A DNA stretch of 64,000 nt from an uncultured Gammaproteobacteria bacterium (lineage in GTDB: Bacteria > Patescibacteriota > Microgenomatia > Levybacterales > GWA1-39-11): positions 18,015-82,014 of the forward strand of contig CAZEGF010000006.1 of NCBI GenBank assembly GCA_964511965.1, in the 5' to 3' direction. The notes below the pieces were generated by a model, which searched no databases, had not been told where the DNA came from, and worked only from the letters and a program-made list of their open reading frames with translations. Shown piece by piece: positions 18,924 to 26,010 of the stretch. The translations under genes and the position numbers were made by a program. Each line of letters opens with the position of its first letter. Position 1 is the first letter of the stretch.

Positions 18924-21182
18924 ATGAATATTAAAAGAATACAACAATTACTGTCACTTACATTAATACTTGTTATATTTGTAGGAAAACTTGCAGTACC
19001 AATGGCTGTTCTTGCAGAAGATGCACCAACACCTCCTGCCGCACCATCTGCTCCTAGCGCACCGTCAGCACCATCTGCACCTACACCACCGGAACACAAC
19101 GACACTCCACCACCACCGCCTGCACCAAAACCACCCGTTAAAAATGACACTCCACCATCTGCACCAACACCACCACCAGCACCATCCGGTTCCACTGACG
19201 GACCAAGTGGTAACACACCAACTCAAAATCAAGAAGTAAATCCAACTACGACATCCGGAACCGGCGGAACAAATGGGAGTGGAAATGTAGGAGATACTAC
19301 TATTGGAACCGGGGAATCAAATGCTAACGGAAGCATTACAACAACGGGAAACAATAACACCGCTGTTAATGGAGGATGCAACACGTGTGCGGGTGGGAAC
19401 GGAACATCGGTTGGAAATTCGGGTAACGGGGTAGGTTCAAACAACAGCGCAACATCAAATGATAATAATTCAGCAACGACCGGCCAACACAACAGTGCAA
19501 ATGTTGCAAACAATCTTACACTTGGTAGTAATTCGGGCAACAATAACGCTTCATTTAATGTAGGTGATTCCTCAATAACAACTCAAGATGCTAACACAAC
19601 AGGAACCGTTATAACTTCTCTTAATACAAATGTAGATGGGGTTGCGGTTGCAACATTTGATGTAGCAGATAATCACACCGGAGACATTATACTTGCTCCT
19701 GGAAATGCAACAAGCAGCTGTACAAATGGATGTGGAGCAACTAACAATACTTCAAACACGGCAAACGGGGCTAATTCAACAAATAATGCATCAAACAATT
19801 CAACGAATAACAGTATTACAGACCAATCAAATAATGCTGTAATTGGAAGTACTCTTGATCTTACTGCAAACTCAGGTGATAACCAATCAAGCTTTAACAC
19901 CGGAGGAGATTCTTCAATAACAACAGGAGACGCAAATGTATCAGCAAATGTACTCACAATGGCTAACAATAATATCGCCGGAAATGTCCTTTACAACGTT
20001 GTTAATATATATGGTAACTTGGTCGGAGATATTATCCTTCCTCAATCAACAATTGACTCGCTTCTTTGCAACACTTGCGGAGGTTCATCGACTTCAAATA
20101 ATAAAAATGGTGACAATTCAACAAATACGGCTTCAAATAACACTACAAACAATTCAACTACAAATCAAAGCAATAATGCACAAATTGACAACAACATAAA
20201 TATAAATGGAACAACGGGAAATAATGACTCAAGCTACAACACGGGAGGAAATTCTGATATTCAAACAGGAGCTTCAAATGTTGTTGCAAATGTACTTAAC
20301 GTCGCAAATACTAATATTGATGGAGGAACATGGTGGTTGGTTATTGTTAACCAAGCTGGAAAATGGATTGGAAAGATTGTCGGATCACCTGACGGAGCTA
20401 ACATGGCTGGAAGTGCCGGAACAGAATTTGAAGTAGATCCAATAACAGGTGAAGTAACAGCAGTTGGTGCAAACACTTCAAATAGTGGAAATGGCGACAA
20501 TACAACAAATACAGCTTCAAACAACACTACAAATAACTCAACAACAACTCAAAGTAATGACGCTAAAATACAAAACAACTTAAATCTAACGGCAAACACA
20601 GGTGGTAATGCAACAAACTTTAATACTGGTGGAAATTCAAATATCAAAACAGGAGATGTTAATGTCATTGCAAATCTAGTCAACTTCGTCAACAACAACA
20701 TAACCGGAGGCGGTAAATTAGTTGTCACGGTTGTTAATGTATTTGGTAGCTGGATTGGAGACTTCGTAGCACCCGGACAACAAAAACAGGCACATAATAC
20801 TACTTCAGGAAGTTCAAACGGTGGAGGGTCAAATAACAACAATAATAATGGAAACTCAAATTCTGGAGGATCATCTATAGTATCCGGAGCTAAAGGAAAT
20901 GCTTTGATAACTGCAAATGTTGATAATTCCGGTAACACAAACACTTATGGCGCAGGAAGCGTTGAAGGTGCAAATACAACCGGCGGATCTACCCACAATG
21001 AGGCTACTGTTGCAAAAAGCGTAGGGCAAGACGGTTCTGCGACAGTAGCTAAAAAAACAATCGCAATAAATCTCGCATGGTTACTCCTTGCGCTTCCATT
21101 GTTTGGGATCGCAATGATTGCTAAAAAATCTTTTGTTCCTGTCCGAACACTCGCGATACGGGGAATACATCTCTTCTTGTGA
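18924..21182 (+). CDS. secreted Asn/Thr/Gly-rich repeat protein with Pro-rich linker and C-terminal TM anchor
   Basis: signal peptide, PSAP/PPPPP stalk, 4-5 copies of the same repeat, CNTC/CTNGC motifs, C-terminal INLAWLLLALPLFGIAMIAKK. Confidence 0.85.
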   Translation: MNIKRIQQLLSLTLILVIFVGKLAVPMAVLAEDAPTPPAAPSAPSAPSAPSAPTPPEHNDTPPPPPAPKPPVKNDTPPSAPTPPPAPSGSTDGPSGNTPTQNQEVNPTTTSGTGGTNGSGNVGDTTIGTGESNANGSITTTGNNNTAVNGGCNTCAGGNGTSVGNSGNGVGSNNSATSNDNNSATTGQHNSANVANNLTLGSNSGNNNASFNVGDSSITTQDANTTGTVITSLNTNVDGVAVATFDVADNHTGDIILAPGNATSSCTNGCGATNNTSNTANGANSTNNASNNSTNNSITDQSNNAVIGSTLDLTANSGDNQSSFNTGGDSSITTGDANVSANVLTMANNNIAGNVLYNVVNIYGNLVGDIILPQSTIDSLLCNTCGGSSTSNNKNGDNSTNTASNNTTNNSTTNQSNNAQIDNNININGTTGNNDSSYNTGGNSDIQTGASNVVANVLNVANTNIDGGTWWLVIVNQAGKWIGKIVGSPDGANMAGSAGTEFEVDPITGEVTAVGANTSNSGNGDNTTNTASNNTTNNSTTTQSNDAKIQNNLNLTANTGGNATNFNTGGNSNIKTGDVNVIANLVNFVNNNITGGGKLVVTVVNVFGSWIGDFVAPGQQKQAHNTTSGSSNGGGSNNNNNNGNSNSGGSSIVSGAKGNALITANVDNSGNTNTYGAGSVEGANTTGGSTHNEATVAKSVGQDGSATVAKKTIAINLAWLLLALPLFGIAMIAKKSFVPVRTLAIRGIHLFL

Positions 21183-22288
21183 TACGAAAGGCGGTTATTT
21201 TCATAATCTGCCTCATTGCAAACCTCACATTAACCAATCATGTAAAAGCCGATGAGATTGTCGTTAATGTCAACGGAAACGGATCCGGATCAACTAATCA
21301 AGTACAAGTCACTTCTCAAAATACTACCCAAGTTAGTCAAAATAATGATGCAAGTGTAACAAATAATACGACTTCAAATGCAAATACCGGCAACAATAAC
21401 GCCTCAAATAATACCAATGGGAGTGCGACAATTTCAACAGGAGATGCCACTTCATCAACTGCCGTTAACAATCAAAATATTAATTCAAATGCTGCAGATA
21501 CTAATTGTGGATGCCAAAGTAGCTCTTCAGTTACAGTTTCAGGTAACGGAGCAGGTTCTAATAATTATGTAAATGGCTCAAATTCAAATTCTGCCTCCGT
21601 TAACCAAACAAATAATGCATCAATTCAAAATAACGCAACTACAAACGCCAATACCGGCTACAATGAAGCTTCTTACAATGGTAACGGTTCTACATTTATT
21701 ATGACTGGAAGCATTTACTCAACGACAAAAATAAACAACAAAAATATTAATAACAGCGCATACTTTGGTGCAACAGGTCTTGAGAGTAGCTTTTTATCTA
21801 TTTCCGGAAATGGGGACGGATCAGACAACTTAGTAGCATTTACCAACAACGTTAGCGTAGTTGTAACTAATACAAATGTAGCAACAATTAATAATAATGT
21901 AGAAAATAATTTAAATACTGGAGGAAATAAAACTCTTGGAAATTTGGGTGATGTAGCTATAGTAACCGGGGGGATCATAAATGATGTAACGGTTAATAAC
22001 GAAAATATAAATAGCAGTTTTGTAGAAGTTGTATGTGGTTGTAAAACTCCGGAATCACCGGAGCACCCAAATCCTCCATCCACTTCAACACCGGGAAGTT
22101 CAATTGTTCAGGGGTCAAGCGGTAGCTCAAGTTCAGGATCATCAAATGGAACCCCAGGAAATGTTCTTCCAGTTACCGGAAGTTCTATTCCATGGTCACT
22201 TTTTGCAACACTTGTGTTATTCTTCATGTTCCTTTCAGGGCTGTATCTGCGTTTCCATGGGGCTAATGCACCTCCATCAAGAGTTTAG
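21179..22288 (+). CDS. secreted Asn/Thr/Gly-rich repeat protein with LPXTG sorting signal
   Basis: signal peptide, 3 repeats, two CGC motifs, LPVTG + hydrophobic helix + R/H tail; GTGA overlap with upstream stop. Confidence 0.85.
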   Translation: MIRKAVIFIICLIANLTLTNHVKADEIVVNVNGNGSGSTNQVQVTSQNTTQVSQNNDASVTNNTTSNANTGNNNASNNTNGSATISTGDATSSTAVNNQNINSNAADTNCGCQSSSSVTVSGNGAGSNNYVNGSNSNSASVNQTNNASIQNNATTNANTGYNEASYNGNGSTFIMTGSIYSTTKINNKNINNSAYFGATGLESSFLSISGNGDGSDNLVAFTNNVSVVVTNTNVATINNNVENNLNTGGNKTLGNLGDVAIVTGGIINDVTVNNENINSSFVEVVCGCKTPESPEHPNPPSTSTPGSSIVQGSSGSSSSGSSNGTPGNVLPVTGSSIPWSLFATLVLFFMFLSGLYLRFHGANAPPSRV

Positions 22289-22303
22289 AGTAGCCTTAAC
22301 CCT

Positions 22304-22326
22304 AAAACCCCGGAAGGGGTTTTTTG
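22304..22326 (+). terminator. intrinsic terminator of repeat-protein operon
   Basis: AAAACCCC-GGAA-GGGGTTTTTT. Confidence 0.8.
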
Positions 22327-22344
22327 ATGGTAAACTTCTCTCTC

Positions 22345-22388
22345 TGTCATTGTGAGGAGTCCTGCGAAGTAGGACGACGAAGCAATCT
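22345..22388 (+). repeat. REP/RPE-like element, left flank of GIY-YIG gene
   Basis: TGTCATTGTGAGGAGTCCTGCGAAGTAGGACGACGAAGCAATCT; overlaps the gene's stop codon. Confidence 0.75.
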
Positions 22389-22680
22389 AAAGTAATTCAT
22401 CATACAAATCTTTCCAATCTTTATTTTTTGTTTCAATCAAATCAATTTTTTTCTTTCTTGACCCTCCCATTATCTGTTTTTCCCGACTAATAGCTTCGTA
22501 TGGGGTCTGGAAAATTTCAAAATATACCAGCTTATGCACATTGTATTTAGAAGTAAAACTTTCAACAGCGCTATTTTTATGTTGCCAAACACGTCTTATC
22601 AAATCTTCAGTTACTCCCGTATATAAAACTTTATTGTTAAAGTTTGTAAGAATGTAAACATAATACTGTTTGTTTCTCAC
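22387..22680 (-). CDS. GIY-YIG nuclease family protein
   Basis: YYVYIL..LYTGVTEDLIRRVWQH..FTSKYNVHKLVYFE..AISREKQI; GTG start 22680 with TATACT 6 nt upstream. Confidence 0.9.
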   Translation of the reverse strand: MRNKQYYVYILTNFNNKVLYTGVTEDLIRRVWQHKNSAVESFTSKYNVHKLVYFEIFQTPYEAISREKQIMGGSRKKKIDLIETKNKDWKDLYDELL

Positions 22681-22693
22681 CAATATAGTATAA

Positions 22694-22721
22694 AGATTGC
22701 TTCGCTTCGCTCGCAATGACA
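22694..22721 (-). repeat. REP/RPE-like element, right flank of GIY-YIG gene (inverted relative to the left copy)
   Basis: AGATTGCTTCGCTTCGCTCGCAATGACA. Confidence 0.75.
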
Positions 22722-22744
22722 TATTGCGTGCTACAATACACAAA

Positions 22745-23302
22745 ATGAAACGAAATCTTCAAAAATGGGTTGGAAACATTTTGATCGCAATTTCCTTGCT
22801 GGGGCTTCTTTTCATTTATTACCCGGTTCTTAAGGAGTTTTTCTTTCCGCCTCATTTTACCGAAGCACAGAAAAAAAGCATTGGGTTTTCTATTGAAATC
22901 CCATCAATTAAAGTGTTCTCCCCGGTTATTGCCAATGTTGATCCATTCAACCAGCAAGAATATATTGAAAAGCTTAAAAATGGGGTAGCCCAGGCCAAAG
23001 GAACCAGTCTTCCCGGTCAAAAAGGTACTATATATATGTTCGCTCACTCATCAGATGTGCCATGGAGGATAACACGTTATAACACAGCATTTTTTAAATT
23101 AGATTTTGTTAAAAAGGGGGATAGGATCGTTTTGAGATATGAGGGTAAAGAGTATCGATATATGATTTATGATAAGAAGACTGTCTGGCCATCAGACACA
23201 AAATATTTGAAAGAAAATCAGGGGAATATATTGATTTTGCAAACGTGCACTCCGGTTGGAACTGCACTACAAAGACTATTAGTTTTTGCAAAGCCTAGTT
23301 AA
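22745..23302 (+). CDS. sortase
   Basis: N-terminal TM, GTSLPGQKG..MFAHSS (His), LQTCTPVGT (Cys), QRLLV (Arg). Confidence 0.9.
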   Translation: MKRNLQKWVGNILIAISLLGLLFIYYPVLKEFFFPPHFTEAQKKSIGFSIEIPSIKVFSPVIANVDPFNQQEYIEKLKNGVAQAKGTSLPGQKGTIYMFAHSSDVPWRITRYNTAFFKLDFVKKGDRIVLRYEGKEYRYMIYDKKTVWPSDTKYLKENQGNILILQTCTPVGTALQRLLVFAKPS

Positions 23303-23355
23303 TGATTAATGGTTGATGCTTGATGGTTAATTAACTATTAGTCATTTATCATTAG
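23300..23355. repeat. heptamer-period inverted array
   Basis: TAATGAT TAATGGT TGATGCT TGATGGT followed by complementary-type units CTATTAG TCATTTA TCATTAG. Confidence 0.6.
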
Positions 23356-23366
23356 CGATAAATGTA

Positions 23367-23428
23367 GTGTATGGGGGAAGAACGGAAAACAAACTTTTCG
23401 GTTTGCTCAATTCTCCCCCCGGGTACAC
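23367..23428 (-). terminator. long 3' hairpin closing the GC-rich operon
   Basis: GTGTA/TACAC, GGGGGAGAA/TTCTTCCCCC and GCAAAC/GTTTGT nested stems just after stop at 23440; no clear U-tract. Confidence 0.5.
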
Positions 23429-23439
23429 CTTGTCGGCGG

Positions 23440-23739
23440 TTAAGCTGTCACATTCTGTTCTTGCCGTATCAGGTCCTTGAGGGCTTCGGAGAACTCCGGT
23501 AAGTCTTGAATTGGCATTTCCCGAACGTATTCGATGGCGTTGTTAATGTCATCGATGGCCGCGTTAATGCAAGACAAAACCCATTTCCGCCTCTCTTCAG
23601 CCGAAGTTCCAGTTGGCAGAGGAGTGCCGTGGGGGGTGGCGAGGACGCGTTGGCTGTGAAGGACGTTGCTTGCCCCTTTGATTCGCGCCGCCGCGTGATC
23701 GAGTCTTTCCCACGCGTTGATGGTTTTGATCGAAGTCAC
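23440..23739 (-). CDS. hypothetical helical protein, paralog of 23791-24192
   Basis: GCCTGAGGAGG RBS 6 nt before GTG; MTSIK..NA..R..AR, W..NA.DD..A.E..P..SE..K shared with neighbour. Confidence 0.75.
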   Translation of the reverse strand: MTSIKTINAWERLDHAAARIKGASNVLHSQRVLATPHGTPLPTGTSAEERRKWVLSCINAAIDDINNAIEYVREMPIQDLPEFSEALKDLIRQEQNVTA

Positions 23740-23790
23740 TTTTTGCCTCCTCAGGCTTGCCCCTTCTACGGGGCGGAATTGGGACGAAAC

Positions 23791-24192
23791 CTAGTTCCCG
23801 TCAGATGGCGGGTTCGTGATTTCGTAGGTCTGCAGCTTGCTAGCTGGTTTCACTTGCGCAAGGCGAAAGGCTTCCGCGACTGTGCTGACACCGACGATTT
23901 GGAGTGGTCTGCGATTCCGTTGGCTGATCATGCTTTTCACCTCTTCAGAGAGAGGCGGGACTTCGCCGTCCGGGATGGACTTTATGTGTTCCATAGCGAC
24001 CCGAAGGTCGTCCATGGCGTTCATCAGGCCCAACATGAGCCATGTCCGGCTTCCGTCGGGCGTGTCGCTACCTGGGAGATCCCCAAGCTGCGATGCGATC
24101 AGGTTGGATTCCAGGGCATCGTAGATTTCACTGGCCCTGGCATTGCCTTGCCTGATCCTGTCCATTGCGTTGGTTGCTTTGATAGATGTCAC
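23791..24192 (-). CDS. hypothetical helical protein, paralog of 23440-23739
   Basis: same leader and N-terminal similarity; extra C-terminal tail ending SKLQTYEI. Confidence 0.75.
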   Translation of the reverse strand: MTSIKATNAMDRIRQGNARASEIYDALESNLIASQLGDLPGSDTPDGSRTWLMLGLMNAMDDLRVAMEHIKSIPDGEVPPLSEEVKSMISQRNRRPLQIVGVSTVAEAFRLAQVKPASKLQTYEITNPPSDGN

Positions 24193-24248
24193 TTGTTGCC
24201 TCCTCAGGCTTGCCCCACTTAAATGGGAATGGTCGTAATTGTCACCGG

Positions 24249-24386
24249 TTACAGCCGGGTGAGAAATATGGTCGTAAGGATCAAGCCCAGGATCAGAAAC
24301 GCTAAACGCGCACCACCTCCTAGTTCCTTGATCATAGAGTTGAGAATTAGGAACACTCCCAACAAGCCAATGAACCAGGTATAAAT
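24249..24386 (-). CDS. uncalled 45-aa two-helix membrane peptide with ATT start
   Basis: GCCTGAGGAGG-CAACC-ATT; reads (M)YTWFIGLLGVFLILNSMIKELGGGARLAFLILGLILTTIFLTRL then TAA. Confidence 0.55.
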   Translation of the reverse strand: MYTWFIGLLGVFLILNSMIKELGGGARLAFLILGLILTTIFLTRL

Positions 24387-24447
24387 GGTTGCCTCCTCAG
24401 GCCGATTTGGCCGCGTTGTACGCGGTATAGATCGTGAATTCAGATGT

Positions 24448-24789
24448 TTAGGGCTGTTGAGAAGACTCTCCCTCAGAAGGTACTTTTCCGAGTGATTGGG
24501 CTATGATGTAGATTTGCAACTTGCTCCTGCCTTCAGCATTACGCTTCAGGACTTCCGGCATGAGGACAATGTCCTCTTCGTTGGGGTCAATCAACTCAAT
24601 TTCGGCAAGCCGCCCGTGCAATTGCGCGTACAGCTTGGCTTTGAAGTTGTAAAGCCCCATCAGATCCGCTTTTGACATTGAGAGTACTGCTTCAGCAGTC
24701 TTGACGCCGTTTCGCATCAGGTTGTTGTAGACGCGATTTGTGAAACCGATCACACTTAAAGGAGTTTCCCCCTCAAGATGGATTGCCAT
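24448..24789 (-). CDS. stand-alone RNA polymerase alpha C-terminal-domain-like protein
   Basis: PLSVIGFTNRVYNNLMRNGVKTAEAVLSMSKADLMGLYNFKAKLYAQLHGRL aligns by eye to the alpha-CTD pattern (I..L.LS.R.YN.L.R.GI.T..DL....DL....NFG.K). Confidence 0.7.
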   Translation of the reverse strand: MAIHLEGETPLSVIGFTNRVYNNLMRNGVKTAEAVLSMSKADLMGLYNFKAKLYAQLHGRLAEIELIDPNEEDIVLMPEVLKRNAEGRSKLQIYIIAQSLGKVPSEGESSQQP

Positions 24790-24818
24790 GAACTTGTCCT
24801 CCTCAGGCGTTTTTGATT

Positions 24819-24869
24819 AAGTTTTCGCTCGCACAACCTCGTCAGACGGGGCTCTGCGAGCGAAAACTT
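24819..24869 (-). promoter_or_regulatory. long leader hairpin of GC-rich operon
   Basis: perfect 15-bp inverted repeat AAGTTTTCGCTCGCA / TGCGAGCGAAAACTT enclosing CCTCGTC-A-GACGGGG. Confidence 0.75.
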
Positions 24870-24966
24870 GTTACAAGAATGTGATTTCAAGGTGCTCATT
24901 TTTTCCCAAACCCGCGAGTTTTGAGCTTATCAAAACATTAAGGAGAAGAATAAAAAATGTGGGAAT

Positions 24967-24995
24967 ATTATAAGACTGTACAGAGTTGAAGTCAA
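24967..24995 (-). promoter_or_regulatory. near-consensus sigma70 promoter of GC-rich operon
   Basis: TTGACT-N17-TATAAT on minus strand. Confidence 0.8.
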
Positions 24996-25026
24996 AAACA
25001 AACCCCCTTGTGTCCAAGGGGGTTTG
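24993..25026 (-). terminator. intrinsic terminator of 25051-25650 gene
   Basis: CAAACCCCCTTG-GACA-CAAGGGGGTTTG followed by TTTTT, which runs into the -35 of the next promoter. Confidence 0.8.
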
Positions 25027-25050
25027 AATTGGAATCCGCCAGTTGGCGAA

Positions 25051-25650
25051 CTAGTTAGTGTTTGTAGATCCACCAACTTCTACTCCAACTGAGTTTGATG
25101 CTGGATTAGTGGTAACTGTGTTACCTCCTCCAACATTAAAACTTTGGCTGTTTCCACCTGTATTGGCACTAGACCATACATTTGTATTTACCGCAGTTGT
25201 ATTTGTTTGACTAACAACCGTAGAATTGCTGTTAATCACTACAGCTTTTGACGAGCTAAATGCTCCTCCACCTGTGACGGTTACTGTATTTGAGTTACTA
25301 TCACAACCACAATTTGATGTGTTTGTGTTAGTTCCTCCTGTGACTGATACACCAACGATGTTGGTAGCAGCGCCTGTGGTGATGCTGTTTGAACCACCAT
25401 TTCCTACATTAAAGCTTTGTTTGTTTTTACCGGTATTAGCGGACAAACCAGCCCATGTATTTACAGCGGTTGTATTATCTTGAACAGTAGTTGATGATGA
25501 AATGTTTTTAACTATAGCTTTTGTGTAGCTAAAAGAACCATTTCCGGTAACAGTAACAGTATTTGTTGCTGCAAATGATGCTGGGGCTACTACGCTCACC
25601 ATCATTGTACCGATTGCAACTGCTGATGCGATTTTTTGTTTGATATTCAT
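25051..25650 (-). CDS. secreted Asn/Thr/Gly-rich repeat protein (2 repeats), paralog of 17537-18808
   Basis: signal peptide ending ASFA, VTGNGSFS..Q.NTTAVNT..SANTG.N.QSFNVG repeats, CGC junction; same AAAGGAGGTGAAATATATGA start context as 17537. Confidence 0.85.
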   Translation of the reverse strand: MNIKQKIASAVAIGTMMVSVVAPASFAATNTVTVTGNGSFSYTKAIVKNISSSTTVQDNTTAVNTWAGLSANTGKNKQSFNVGNGGSNSITTGAATNIVGVSVTGGTNTNTSNCGCDSNSNTVTVTGGGAFSSSKAVVINSNSTVVSQTNTTAVNTNVWSSANTGGNSQSFNVGGGNTVTTNPASNSVGVEVGGSTNTN

Positions 25651-25926
25651 ATATTTCACCTCCTTTTTATTGGGATACTCCTGCCGAACCGAATGATGAA
25701 AAAAACCACAAAAAAATCCCTCGATAAACTCAGGATTTTAATTTTTGGCAGTTTATATTCATATCAGGCAGGTCAAAAGGAAATGAATTCAGGGTTCTAA
25801 GGGGCAACGTAGAACGTTAATGTTAGTTATTATATGCTAGTGTCCAGCAGGTCTGTCAAGACTAACAATCTATATATTTATATTATCAAAGATATCATCT
25901 TATATTTATTTTTTGAGGTCGCTTCC

Positions 25927-26004
25927 TTGACTTTGTAGCTTATCATCTGTTAAAATCAACCTAACAAACAACAGAAGTGGTGGGAGTTCCCCACCATTTT
26001 TTTT
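25927..26004 (+). promoter_or_regulatory. nusA promoter and leader hairpin/attenuator
   Basis: TTGACT-N18-(TGT)TAAAAT, then TGGTGGG-AGTTC-CCCACCA-T-tract just before nusA, as in rimP/nusA leaders. Confidence 0.65.
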
Positions 26005-26010
26005 CGCAAT

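Noticed and set aside
17613-22355. Many overlapping alternative-frame and antisense ORFs in the repeat-protein operon
   Set aside because: Expected by-products of low-complexity Asn/Thr/Gly codons; no RBS or motifs
23506-24222. 238-aa plus-strand ORF across the GC-rich island
   Set aside because: Antisense shadow of two minus-strand genes that have RBSs, a promoter and mutual paralogy; its repeated LPPQACP is just the leader repeat read backwards
23743-24808. CCTCCTCAGGC repeats as a CRISPR array or integron attC sites
   Set aside because: Spacing is irregular (about 190-450 nt) and filled by ORFs; no cas or integrase gene and no attC RYYYAAC/GTTRRRY box pairs recognised
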